Position numbers and translations under genes: made by a program. Under the pieces are notes generated by a model. It worked only from the letters and a program-made list of their open reading frames with translations. It was not told the origin of the DNA and did not search any database. A stretch of 64,000 nucleotides of DNA from a virus, in the IMG/VR virus record IMGVR_UViG_3300020469_000021, positions 1 through 64,000 of that record; one strand, given 5' to 3'. Shown one piece after another: positions 50,589-62,729 of the stretch (the first letter of the stretch is position 1; every line of letters starts with the position of its first letter).

Positions 50589-52167
50589 TTGATATAATAA
50601 AAACTTGGCAAGCGCCCGATAAAATTGCTTTAGAAATAATTGACTTAGCTTTAACTCACATTAAAAAAGTTGAGCTTAACCCCGAAGTCGAAACCGAAGG
50701 AGATAACTTTGACTATTGGAATAGTTATGATTTGGGAGATGGTAATTATATAGATTATAATATTCATTGTGGAGACGAGTGGTGCGAACTTAAACAAGAT
50801 AGCTCGGGAGAGTATGAATATACTGATCCTAGCACATGGTCTTGGGATGTTGCTTGTTATGCAGTTAATCCACCAACTGAAGATAACCCCTATCATCAAA
50901 TAGATACAGATAGAGAGCAATACTTATTTAGTTATAATAAAAAAGGAAATAGAGAGGTGGAGTTTGAAAATGAGTAATGGCAATTATTACGATAGAATTG
51001 ATTTAGCTAAAAAGAATACTTATGTATTCAGCGTCCCCGCAACTTACTTTTATGAAGTAGATGCAGATTCCGAAGACGAGGCTAGAAAACTATTAGAAGA
51101 AGAAGGGGGCATGGACATCATGGGTACTCTTGGAGAAATCACCCACAAGGATTATATGAATGCTACTCTTGAAGAGACTTGGTCAAGTGAATAAATATAA
51201 TAATATGAAATTTTTTTTTGAGTTACTTATTATTGCAACTATTACCATTCTTTTGTGGTGTTTAGTATTTTGATGAACGAATTTCACGACCCAAAAGATA
51301 ACTCTTGGAGTAAAAAAGATATTTTTTTGTTGACATACGCTATCGTTATTAATATACTCACCCTTAGTTTTATATTATACATTATACTTTAAATTATGAG
51401 TGGAGAAGGTTTATCAGTTAGTTTTAGAAGAACGAAAGCGACTACCAAGTCTAATCAAGAACTCCTTAGAGAGTTTCAAAAGATTATCTATGCTAGTCGA
51501 GTGACTACCCACATGAAATGGTATGGTGAAGCTCATAGTGTTGACATACTAGAGCATGGTGACGACAATCGACCAAAGTTTCAACAAGAATATGTTGCGA
51601 TTAAAGATACTTTTCAATTTGAGATTAGCGTTTATGATTCTTGGTATCAAGATGCAGACCTATATGAATCCCATGAGAGAGAAGATAGCTTTGTTTCTTT
51701 TGCTAGAAAATTTGCCGAAGATAATAATTTAATGTATTTCCCCGATGGTTTTCCTGCTGAATGGATTGAGCAAGAAATAATTGATGGAAAGAAAAATTGG
51801 AATCATTATAATGTAAAACCCGATGACAAAAACATTGACAAGATATGTGAAGTGTGGTATAAATATGGTATGAAAAAATTACAAAACGATTCTGATTCCC
51901 TTTGGTATAATACTAGAGATGAAATAAAAGAATTAATGGAGAAAAAAGAACATGAATATAGTAGCTGATGTAAAACATGACTCAGTAGGGAATGACGATG
52001 GTTCTTTTGGTGGAGAAGATTTTGTTTTAACAGGTGGAAACGCTTGGCTTAGAATAGATGGATATTCTTTAATGATTAGCAACCATGAAGACAGAATTTC
52101 AATTGCGCTCTTCCATCTTGGGAAAGAAGCTGACGATGAGCTTGAGAGTTTTGATTATTTTAAATAA
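50585..52167 (+). other. Small acidic hypothetical genes (50585, 50964, 51396, 51952)
   Basis: ORF track; 50964 has the VxAxSxxEA motif also seen in 56940. Confidence 0.55.
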
Positions 52168-52209
52168 TATCTTGACATCACCTTAAATGTATGTCAACAT
52201 TATTGAGTA

Positions 52210-53403
52210 ATGAAAAAACTAGACACACTATATAAAGTAGATACCAAAGGTAAATTGCGTGAATGGACTATGCACATTGATGGCAATTCATTCTATGCAG
52301 TCAAGGGTCTTGTCGAAGGCAAAAAGACCCAAGACAAAGCTACGACTACAATCGCTAAAAATGTTGGCAGATCAAACGAAACAACTCCCGAAGAACAAGC
52401 GGAGCTTGAAGCGCAAGCAAAGTTTCAAAAGAAATTAGATTCGGGCTATGCGCTTAATGAAATAGACGCGCAAGACAAAAAGTTCTACGAACCAATGCTT
52501 GCACATAATTATAAAGATCGCAAGAGTGAAATTGAGTACCCGATCTACTCCCAACCAAAGCTCGATGGCATTCGTTGTATCGTTCGCATGGAAGGTGATA
52601 TGCTCGTAGGACGCACTCGTAATGGCAAGGAGATAGAGTGTATCCCTCATATTCTCAAAAGCCTCAATAGCTTCTTCCTTGACTACCCAAATGCCATTCT
52701 TGATGGAGAGTTGTATAATCACGACTTGAGGGACAATTTCAATAAGATTACTTCACTTGTTCGCAAACAAAAACCAATTAAATCAGACAAGATGAGCGAT
52801 AATGCTTTCGCAAAGAAGGTTGCTGATTACGAAGACAGGCTTGCAGAAGCAGAAGAGACGATTGAATACCATGTGTATGATGTACCTTATCTTAATCATT
52901 ATTGCACAGAGAATACTACATTCGATATGCGCTTTAATCAACTTGAAAACGCTTTCAACAAAAGTGCAAACATTATTCAACATAATGTGTTGCTTGTAGA
53001 AACATCTAAAGTCGAGAATGAACATGAGCTTGACAATTTGTATGGTCAATATATCGACTTAGGCTACGAAGGTCAAATGGTTCGCAAGGACGAATGCTAC
53101 GAGAACAAGCGCAGTAAAACTCTTCTTAAACGCAAAGAATTTATTGATGCAGAATATCGAGTTATCGACATTGATGTGGGCAATGGTAATCGTAGTGGGA
53201 CTGCAAAGCACCTAGTATGCTTTTGCGAAAATACTCAAAAAACTTTCAATTCAAATATTAAAGGTTCATTTGATTACCTTAAAGAAATTTATGATAATCG
53301 CAAGAATTATATTGGTCAGTTAGCGACCATCAAATTTTTTCAGCTTACACCCGATGGAATACCTAGATTTCCATATGCAATCGGATTTAGAAATTATGAA
53401 TAA
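52210..53403 (+). CDS. ATP-dependent DNA ligase
   Basis: PML, QPKLDGIRC, LDGELY, YD, YEGQMVR, LLKRK, GIPRFP. Confidence 0.93.
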   Translation: MKKLDTLYKVDTKGKLREWTMHIDGNSFYAVKGLVEGKKTQDKATTTIAKNVGRSNETTPEEQAELEAQAKFQKKLDSGYALNEIDAQDKKFYEPMLAHNYKDRKSEIEYPIYSQPKLDGIRCIVRMEGDMLVGRTRNGKEIECIPHILKSLNSFFLDYPNAILDGELYNHDLRDNFNKITSLVRKQKPIKSDKMSDNAFAKKVADYEDRLAEAEETIEYHVYDVPYLNHYCTENTTFDMRFNQLENAFNKSANIIQHNVLLVETSKVENEHELDNLYGQYIDLGYEGQMVRKDECYENKRSKTLLKRKEFIDAEYRVIDIDVGNGNRSGTAKHLVCFCENTQKTFNSNIKGSFDYLKEIYDNRKNYIGQLATIKFFQLTPDGIPRFPYAIGFRNYE

Positions 53404-53415
53404 TTTTTTTATATT

Positions 53416-55287
53416 ATGCACTTAGACAATTCACCAACACACAAATATATTTTGATTGACACATCTTTAAAGCCTTGCTATGCTTTCATAAGTTCTGCAT
53501 ATTTGACAGAATATGAGGCGAAAACCAAGAACTATGCTTATGCAATGAATCGTGCTAAAAAGAAATATATATTAAAGAAAGATTGGAAATAATGAGTGCA
53601 AAAAATAGCCACTTAACAATAAGAGAAGATTTACTAGAAGAAGACCCCAACATCTCTGTTCCTATTCGATTTCTTGACCATCAAGAAGATGCTTGGATTG
53701 GAGATAGTGATACTTTATATATAGATGAAGTATATTCTCCCGAAAATGGAGAGCAACTAGATGATATGTGGGGCTACAATATGATTATTAAAATCACCGA
53801 CCCTAACCAAAAAGATCAATATGGCAATGTTTGGAAGGATAGACTAGCTTTCGCAATATCAGCAGATTTTGATTGGAATTAATGTTATGCCAAGTAAAAA
53901 AAATCAAGCAGTAGCAAATTGGAAAGACATAAACGGAGATAATTTAGATAGCCCCAAACCGAAAGAAGTTATAATGGAGTCTAATAAAAAGTTTTACAGA
54001 GAGCAAGTAAAAACTATAATGATCGCAACGACAATGTTTTTGCAAATTATTATTTTTTTAAAAGTATTTAATTTAATATGAGTATGACAATGAGTGGAGC
54101 AAGACTCCGAGGCAATGTAGACAAAGATAAAATTTTAAGAAGGTTTGAGAATGTCTTACAATTAGTTTACATGAATTGTTTGCCAACAAAAGATGGCAGT
54201 TATAAAATTCCTAAAAAAGTTTTTGAATCCGTTCAAACTGAATTAGACTTTAATCCACCATCAGAAAATGTTGAAGAGCAAATAAAAAAACGCTATCGAA
54301 AAAGAGAAACTTATCGTTTTTGGAAAGAGTTTTTGTGGGCATCAAAAATAGGCAATCAAATTGACGCAAAAGAATATCTAATGAAAATATATACCCTTTG
54401 TGATAATAAAGGTGTTTATGGCAGTATGACGCATTCTCGCTACGCTTTAGAGACAATGACTCTTGCGCTAGATGATTTGTACGGAACAAATGAAACAATC
54501 ATATCCCAAACCCCATTTAGAGTAAATAAGAAAAAAGTAATTATACCTATTGTTGGCGGTCAAGGTATTGTTTACAAAAAAAAAGAAACTGAGCAGGACG
54601 ATCCTGCGGATCAAGTTCCATTTTGATCTTGACTATATAAAAACAAATAGTATTATAAACATAAATGATTACCGAAAACATAAGTACAGAAAAGTTAGAA
54701 CAACTATCTCACCAAATAGTAGACTCATGGGACATGGATACCTTAATAGAGTTTGCTTTAGATAAAGTTGAGGTAGGGTTAATGAGTTTGTCAGATGAAG
54801 AATTTAATGAAGAATATGAAAGGTTTTTCAATGACAGATAAAAGTGATTTAAATAAAATAATTTTAGATTCTTTAATTTCTCTTAAAGCAAAGCAAATTA
54901 ATCTTGATTCTGAATCGGGCAGACAAATAGTTGCAGATGTAGTTGAAGAAAAAGTTCAACCATATTTTTTTGATCAAATTGAAGCAATCGTTACTCCGCA
55001 AAAATCATACGCTTACTCTAAAAATGTTTGATAAATGGCAGAGCGATGACTTAGAAATAAATAAGTTGGTAGAGAATGTTTCTCATTTAATTAATAATTG
55101 CTTACAAATACTAGATGAAAATGATTTAATTATTGTTCAAAAGAGAATGAATAGCTTATTAAATAATGGTTTTTTTTGGATGCGTCAAGACAATAGAGAA
55201 AGATTTTATTATGATTTAAAAGATTTCGCAAATTGGTTGTGTGACTTTATTGCAGAAAAAGAAAGAGAATCTTGGGATAAGTCTTGA
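53416..55287 (+). other. Small hypothetical genes
   Basis: ORF track plus 53416-53592 and 54665-54841 read by eye. Confidence 0.5.
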
Positions 55288-55323
55288 CATTTATTTTTAT
55301 TTATGGCAGAATAGTATTATATT

Positions 55324-56319
55324 ATGAAATTAGGTTTAACTTGTATTAGTGAAGAATTAAAACAGAAGGATAAGAAAAAGTATTCTTTTAAAACTATGAC
55401 TCGCAAAAGATTTAACGATCTTTGTGTAAGAGATGGCAAAGATGAAGCCATTAAAGAACTATCAGAAAGGATTCTGCATAATGTTCGTACTACTCGCTAT
55501 ATTATTCGCCATTGCATTAGTAATAACATCCTACATTATCGTCTTAGCTCTGCTCTTTTCCCTCTTGTTACTGACGAAAAGACAGAAGTTGCTTTCGATG
55601 ATTTACCCGATAAAACTTCAATACAAGAAGAGTTAGATTTTGCGGGTAAAATCGCTAAAGATTTTGGCATATCTATCGGTTCTCACCCCGATCAGTTCAA
55701 TGTTCTTGCCTCTCCCGATAGAGAAAAAGTTACTCGCACAATTAATGAGTTAAATTTTCAAGCAAGCGTTCTTGATATGTTGGGTCTTCCACAAGATCAT
55801 ACTGCGCCAATGAACATTCACATAAACTATACTCCAAAAGCAGATGAAACGCTAGAGTTAGTTGCTACTAGATTCTTTCGTAATCTTTCTATGTGCGATA
55901 AAGGAGTTTACAAACGACTTACTATTGAGAACGAAGATAAAGGCTTCTTCAATGTAGATAATTGCATTAAATTTAGCGACTATTTATTTAAAACATTTCA
56001 AGCAAATATCCCTATTTGCTATGACAATCTACATGACTTTTGCAATCCATCAGAAGATCACAATGTCATTTTTCAAGCAGAGCGTTGTGCATATACATGG
56101 GTGAATCAAGGAGAAGGTGATAATAATTTTCTTGCTCCTGTCTTTCATTGGTCAGAAGGTAAGCCCGAAAAACCTCGCTCTCATGCAGAGTATTTTGCTT
56201 TGGGTAATATTCCACCTGTTATTGCTATCGATCCAAATAAAGAAGTCAAGTGGGAGTGCGAAGTAAAGCAAAAAGACAAAGCTATCCGCTTAATGAGAAA
56301 AAACTTAGCTTTTGCCTAA
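55324..56319 (+). CDS. uvsE: UV-damage endonuclease
   Basis: YRLSS, HPDQF, NIH, IENED, DNLH, HWSE, H, EVKQKD. Confidence 0.92.
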   Translation: MKLGLTCISEELKQKDKKKYSFKTMTRKRFNDLCVRDGKDEAIKELSERILHNVRTTRYIIRHCISNNILHYRLSSALFPLVTDEKTEVAFDDLPDKTSIQEELDFAGKIAKDFGISIGSHPDQFNVLASPDREKVTRTINELNFQASVLDMLGLPQDHTAPMNIHINYTPKADETLELVATRFFRNLSMCDKGVYKRLTIENEDKGFFNVDNCIKFSDYLFKTFQANIPICYDNLHDFCNPSEDHNVIFQAERCAYTWVNQGEGDNNFLAPVFHWSEGKPEKPRSHAEYFALGNIPPVIAIDPNKEVKWECEVKQKDKAIRLMRKNLAFA

Positions 56320-56362
56320 AAAAGTCTTGACTTTTTAATTAATTTACTTTAGTCTTTTGGAT

Positions 56363-59124
56363 ATGAGTGAAAAAGATACAATAGATAAAATTAGAAAACT
56401 TCGTGCTGATCGTGCGGAACGATTAAGACAGGCTATTTCTGAGCATAATCCCGAAGCATTATTCGCTGATGGTTTTGATGAGTCGATTATCGGTTATTCT
56501 AGTGATGGAAAAGTCATCTATTCTGTTGATATGATCGTAGGAACTCTTGTCAACAGAGATGGCATGACTCCCGATGAAGCGATAGATTATTTTAATTTTA
56601 ATATGGAGTGCGCTTACCTTGGCGAATATACTCCAATCTATATGTACGAGGAATAAATAATGAATAAAGGATTATACACAGAAATAGTTTGGTCTAAAGG
56701 TAGAACAAAAGAAGAGATGGTGAAACAAACATCTTGGTCTAGTTCAAAAGATTATAGTGGGCTAAGTGGTTTGAAGTTCCATTGTTACTCTTTTAATAAT
56801 GATGTTCAAATTACTGCAATTACTAGCCAAGGAGTTAGCCACAATAAATATTTACAGATTCCTGTTGACAAGATCGAAGAAGTATGTAAGACTCTCATGC
56901 GATCAAAGAAACTAATGGAGAGTAATTAAATAAAGACCTATGAAAAGAGAATATTGCGTTGGAATTAAAATTATTAACTGCTTTTATGTTGAAGCAGAAA
57001 GTCGAGAGGAAGCAGAGGAAATAGTAAGAGAGTATGACCCATACAAGACTCTTGACGATTGTGATTTTAATATTGAATATGCTGACCCTACAAATGGGGA
57101 AACTGCATGGAAAATAAAAGCAAATGAAATTGATTGGTCTGAACTTTGTGATGAGCATGATAATTATCTTGACAAGCGCATAGATGATCTTTATGGTGAT
57201 GATCCTACTTACGAAACAAAATGAATAAAAAAGCTATGGAAGGTTTAAAGAAAGAAGAAGAATTAAAAAGCGAGATAAGAGATGCTTGTTCTCATATTAA
57301 AGACTTAGAGGCAGAATTGGAATGGATGCACTCAAGAGAACCCCATGAAGTAGAATATATTGCTAGGCTACAAAAAGTTTTAGATGAACAATATGCAATA
57401 ACTACAAAACTAGATGTTGAATTTCTCGCAACAAAAGGAATTAAATAATGAGATTAACAAAATATCAAAAAGCTAGATTATTAGAATATAATTGGGATGT
57501 AATAACTAATGAAGTTGATGGTAAAGAGCAAAATTGCTCTTGGATAAGTATCTCTCCCGAAGATGGTGCAATTTTTGGTCAAGTTGTTGAGCATTTTAAA
57601 TTGACAGGAGAAGGTGAAGATGTTAAATTGTTAGTTATTGGAACGGCTGAAGAAGAATGAGAACTACACAAAGAGAACTTAGACAAGGCAATCCTACTAT
57701 CCACGAAATGAGATATGATCTTGCCGAACAAGAGGCAATGAACATGAGTGTTACAAATATTATTGATATGCTTGTAGATGGGTTCGAAGGATTAGATAAT
57801 TTACCCGACATTGAGATAAGAGAAGAATGGGAACAAATTTTCGGTGAATTAAAAAATTGGGAGACAAAGTAATGAATTTTAAAGAAGCACTAGGAATCGT
57901 AGTGAACGAGGCAGAAGTTTCTGCTCTTGGGGAAAGGACAGATGAACATTTAAGAATTTTGAAAGCGTGTGAGATCGTTCAAGAATTTCTGAATCATTTA
58001 GAAAAAAATGATATATTATTTACAAATGATGAATATATATCAATAGGACAAACTAATGAATGAGGCAAGCGTATATATATCAAACTTGCTAGAAGAAAAT
58101 AAACTTTCTTACTCTGAAGCGCAAATTTTTCTTGACTATGCTTATGATTTGGTATTAGATGGGTATGGTGATCTTGAGATAGAGAAACTTATCACAGAAA
58201 ATATCAATCAAAAATTAAAAGAAAAAAAATAAAATGAACAATTACTTCGCAAATCAACCGATTCATTGGAATCAATTTAGTTCTAGGGACATCTATTTCA
58301 AAAGCAATGCTATAACCAAAAAGCTATTGCCCGAAGATAATATTTTGTCTTGGAAAACAAAGGAAAGTAGGCATAATGAGGTAGCAAGTAAAACAGGCGC
58401 TACTGCCCAAACGAGCAGGGGTTGGAATGGGCAAGTTCATACTTACTACTCTAGGGATAGCTACAAAGGAGTTTTTGTTCAACTTACGAATGTTAAGAAA
58501 GAATATGTTACTGCAAATTTAGACTTCATTAATTATAAACCGAAAAAAGATAGTCAAGGCAATCACCTTGCAGGTCTTGACGCTCTAGTTTACATTGGTT
58601 CTTTCCATGATAGGCATGAGTGGGTAAAAGACTCAAGCGGTAATTATAGTATGCAAAAGACAAACAAAGTGTCCCTTAATGATTACGAAGGTTATAGAAT
58701 TGCGTATGGGGGTCAAGGAGATAGCAACTATCTAACTCACAGAGAGTTGATAGAGATAGCCGACATTAGCGAATCAGTCAAAAAATTCCTTATAGACATG
58801 GTCTTGCCACTTAAAAGGGGTATTCTAAATAAAGATTTGGCTCTAGTCGCATAATGGATTTTTCTGATATATTGCAAATGAATTTTACGGCAATAACAAT
58901 TACATTAGTTATTTTATTTTTGTTAATAGTTTCTTCCTATGATTAATTTGTTAAAAAGATTAGTGCGTTTGTTTCGTAAAGAAAAGCAATCTAAATTATC
59001 AGTTGCCCAAATAGATGAGTTAATTGAAACAAATAAAAATGTATTAGCGCAGTTAGGTGACGAAGCAGATTATGATGGCATGGGAGATTGGGGAAGATTC
59101 CCGCCAATTAAAAAGAAAGAATAA
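56363..59124 (+). other. Array of small, mostly acidic hypothetical genes
   Basis: ORF track; overlapping starts and stops. Confidence 0.55.
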
Positions 59125-59501
59125 TGGATTTACAAATATCAGACTATTTACAACTTATAGTAGGAATTTCTATTCTCTCTGTTTGGCTTCTTCACGCTCA
59201 TGTGCCAACCAATTTCAGAGTTGGTCAAGCTCAAACACTAAGAGAAGAGGTTACAGAAGCAGGTTTGCCCGATTATGTTTATGATGTTATGAGAATAGTT
59301 AAACCTATTTTTGCTTTCTTTTTAATCATGGGCATACTATGGAATCCCATTACCTTGCCCTGCATGGCATTTACAACTATTTTCATGGTTGGCGCAGTTG
59401 TTATGCACATTAAAGTTAAAGATAATTTATTTAAAATGATTCCTGCCTTGACATTGCTTTTATTTTGTTTTATTATATTTACTTGTCCATCAAAATGGTA
59501 A
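59124..59501 (+). CDS. DoxX-family membrane protein
   Basis: LREE...GLP, four hydrophobic segments, MVGAVVMHIKVKD..KMIPA. Confidence 0.8.
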   Translation: MDLQISDYLQLIVGISILSVWLLHAHVPTNFRVGQAQTLREEVTEAGLPDYVYDVMRIVKPIFAFFLIMGILWNPITLPCMAFTTIFMVGAVVMHIKVKDNLFKMIPALTLLLFCFIIFTCPSKW

Positions 59502-59693
59502 ACTATATAACGACAAATGACTTTAAAAGATAAAATACAAAAAGAAATTGAAAGGTTAAGTAGCGACCATAGCGAAGAAACTATCAATCTCATAAATAAT
59601 GTGTTGCTTCCAATGTTGCAATACATCAGAGATCACGAAAAAATTTTACGAGATATTGCTAGGATTAGTGGTAAACATGGTGTATAATATGTT

Positions 59694-59987
59694 ATGCGCT
59701 ATTTATTATTTTTACTATTATTGACAGGATGTGGTCAACCCACTATTATTGAAACTGAATCAGAAGACATTTCAAAAGAAATAAACGATCTTTTGGCTCA
59801 AGACAAGAAAAACAAATTACTTGAATTGGAATATTTAGAACAAATTAGAATCGCTCAAGAGAACAATGATACCGAAGCCTTTGAATTTTTTCTACAAGAA
59901 TATATTGATGTGGATAGATTACAAATTCCCGAAGAATTAAAAAAAGACCCAAATTATTTCCAAGGTGGACAGAAGGTTAAATATTGA
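59694..59987 (+). CDS. Lipoprotein
   Basis: LLLTG-C lipobox; GTGTA 14 nt upstream. Confidence 0.7.
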   Translation: MRYLLFLLLLTGCGQPTIIETESEDISKEINDLLAQDKKNKLLELEYLEQIRIAQENNDTEAFEFFLQEYIDVDRLQIPEELKKDPNYFQGGQKVKY

Positions 59988-60883
59988 TATGAGCCAACCC
60001 ATGCAACGGCAAATTAATTTCATTAAAAATATATCCAAGTTAATTAAGCAACAGACAGATAGAAGAAATCAATGAAAACATATTTGAGTAAAGTTTTCTA
60101 TTTTTTAGGAGACTTAGTTTCTTATCTTTTGCATTATAATATAACAAGCATAATTTTTTATCCATTGTATAGATGGTTAATGTTAGTTAGTATTAGCCTT
60201 GACAAAGATAGCATTGTATGGGAGAATGTAGAAAAGAAAGAAAGCTCAAGAGCAGATTTAATTTTAAAAGTAAAAGATGAAAATAGATTTAGGAGTAAGA
60301 GGTAGTGAGGATGCGATAAATCATATATTACTTAGAGTAAACAATGATTTTATTTTGCAGACTAAAGACAATTTATTTTTTTCGGGAGAAGAAGGTAGAG
60401 ATAAAACAGGGAAAAATTTAGTTGAGTTATTAGAAACTTTATCTAAAGATCACGAAATATCTGTTCGCAAAAATGTTGCGGAAGAAATTGAAAGAGAATT
60501 AAATTTAAATGGAGAAATAATTAAATATGTCTGAAATAAAAGAATTATGGGATTTATCGTGGACTGATGGTTTATTGTTGACATTTATGTTGATGGCGCT
60601 ATATACTTATAAGGTTTGGATAGATAATAAATTTAAGAAATAAATAAGACAATGGCACACGATGAATTTAATAGCGGAGCAAGACATGGATTCTGCATGG
60701 CGAAACTTGCGGTCAGAGATATTGACAGAACTTTAGAGTATCCCAATGAAGAAGATCACACGCAAAAAAGTTGGTGTTTAGCATACGAAAAATATCATGC
60801 AGAAAAAGATTTATTACACAAAATATATGAAGCAATTAACAAATCAATGGAAGAAGAAGTAAGTGAAAACGATTATTAATTTC

Positions 60884-60912
60884 TTGACATAATCCAAAAT
60901 TTAGTCTAGTGT
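60884..60912 (+). promoter_or_regulatory. Sigma70-type promoter (example of about 20 copies)
   Basis: TTGAC(A/T) with a 16-17 nt spacer at 8434, 13169, 17759, 18055, 20393, 34994, 36554, 37580, 48152, 52172, 54629, 55284, 56327, 60884, 61435, 62694. Confidence 0.75.
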
Positions 60913-60919
60913 TTTAATC

Positions 60920-61438
60920 ATGGACACAAATGACGCAAAAGCACTTGCCCTACTTCACATGGACGAACATGGGCTTTTTGACGAACTTTGGCATTTTGAT
61001 TTTGAAGATTGCAAACGCTCTCTTGGTCGATGTCATTATACAAAAAGAAAGATTTCTTTGTCTGAATGGTATGTCGAGCTAAACAACGAAAAAGATGTAG
61101 AAGATACCATCCTACACGAAATTGCTCACGCTTTATCGTGGACAAGATATGGCAAAAAAGCCAAGGGTCATGGCAAGCTATGGAAACAGGTTTGCATAGA
61201 GATTGGCGCAACTCCGCAAAGATTGCACAAAGGTATTATAACATATCCTAACAATCATTACAAATATATAGATACTTGTGGTTGCAATATTACTTATAAA
61301 AGGCATCGTTTAAGTGAGTTTAGATCATATCGTTGCCCAAAATGCAGAGAACCTCTTTTTAATTCCAAAAGAAAAAAAGAATGGTTATCTTCAAAAGTTA
61401 CTGCTGATTATTTAATGGAAGAACTTTTTGGGGCTTGA
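60920..61438 (+). CDS. SprT-like Zn metalloprotease
   Basis: LGRC, TILHEIAH, GHG..WK, C-terminal Cys cluster. Confidence 0.88.
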   Translation: MDTNDAKALALLHMDEHGLFDELWHFDFEDCKRSLGRCHYTKRKISLSEWYVELNNEKDVEDTILHEIAHALSWTRYGKKAKGHGKLWKQVCIEIGATPQRLHKGIITYPNNHYKYIDTCGCNITYKRHRLSEFRSYRCPKCREPLFNSKRKKEWLSSKVTADYLMEELFGA

Positions 61439-61469
61439 CAATTAGATAAACAATGTTATTCTAAGGGTT

Positions 61470-62690
61470 ATCAGTTACGAAGATTTCTATAAGGAGTTTG
61501 GTTTTGATAGGTCTGTCTACGAAGATAAGACGCTATACCAAGGCAAGACTAGAACACAATGGTTGAGAGATACAAAAATTATGACAGACAATCCAATTAG
61601 CATAAAATTTTTTGAAGAGTGCGGGAAAATACAAAAGCCCTTCAAAAATTATGGTATTGAAAAAAATGGAAATTATTATCCAATAGACAACAGAACTTAT
61701 GTTTCTCATTCCACTTACGATGGGATTGAACCTTTAGTAAAGCATTTAGATTTTTATTTTGCAAATTTTGCTGACAATCTTTCAAAGAAGCATACAAGAA
61801 AAGATTTCATAAATTTTGCTTTAGATTTAAATAAGTTTATGGGTGAGATCGATTTCTATTTTATTTTATCAAAAATAATGCACTTGCGAAACGCTTGTCA
61901 ATTTCAAATTCAGAAAGAAGTCTCAAGAGATGCTTTGTTTTGTGATAGCTCTCAAATAACTAGCGTTTCAGATATACCTTGGTTTCATCATAAAGTTATT
62001 GAATTTTTCTTTGAAGATTCAGATTTACCTACTTTTTTAGTTTACAGAGGTTCTTTTGATGGATTAGTAGATGAGTTTAACATTCCGCATAAAGTTGTCG
62101 GCAAGCAAGAAGAAGGAATTCATTTTTTTGCAGAAACCCCGACTTTAGGTTCGGTTCTATTTAGCGTAGATAACGAGACTTTGCCCCTTTTATTTTCAAG
62201 AAATTACAATGAATTACTTTCAGTCGTAAATTCTGACACAACTTCCAAATTAACGCTCAACTCAAAAGAGGGTGCAGAACTCACGAAAGAGGAAATCCCC
62301 CATCTAGTTAGTGGAGTCGTTACTTGTTTGAAATCTATGGTTTATGCGCATTGCGATCCTACGCATATTCGACATAATGCACCTCAATCCACTCTAAAAG
62401 ATGGCAAAGCAAAGATAAAGGGTAGACCAAAAAGCGAAGTGAATAAAATTATTTATGTACCTAAAGTTCAATATGAGAATAGCGCCTCTTCAAATAATGC
62501 CTCAAAAGAAAAACGAAAATTTTTAGGCAAGTTACCTTATTTTCGCATTTACAAAAATGACAGGTATGTGAACATGGAAAAGGATAAGAAATATTTTTAT
62601 CCTAAAGTGTTGGGCGAAAACGGAGAAGACCCTGTTGAGCGTGAGTACACGAAATATATTGCGAGAAAAATCAATACTCCTTTCAAATAA
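61470..62690 (+). CDS. Hypothetical protein, start uncertain (ATC 61470, TTG 61563 or ATG 61581)
   Basis: Frame is open from 61446. Confidence 0.6.
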   Translation: MSYEDFYKEFGFDRSVYEDKTLYQGKTRTQWLRDTKIMTDNPISIKFFEECGKIQKPFKNYGIEKNGNYYPIDNRTYVSHSTYDGIEPLVKHLDFYFANFADNLSKKHTRKDFINFALDLNKFMGEIDFYFILSKIMHLRNACQFQIQKEVSRDALFCDSSQITSVSDIPWFHHKVIEFFFEDSDLPTFLVYRGSFDGLVDEFNIPHKVVGKQEEGIHFFAETPTLGSVLFSVDNETLPLLFSRNYNELLSVVNSDTTSKLTLNSKEGAELTKEEIPHLVSGVVTCLKSMVYAHCDPTHIRHNAPQSTLKDGKAKIKGRPKSEVNKIIYVPKVQYENSASSNNASKEKRKFLGKLPYFRIYKNDRYVNMEKDKKYFYPKVLGENGEDPVEREYTKYIARKINTPFK

Positions 62691-62729
62691 TTCTTGACAA
62701 GTACGGAAAAACAATCTATTGTTCCCTTT

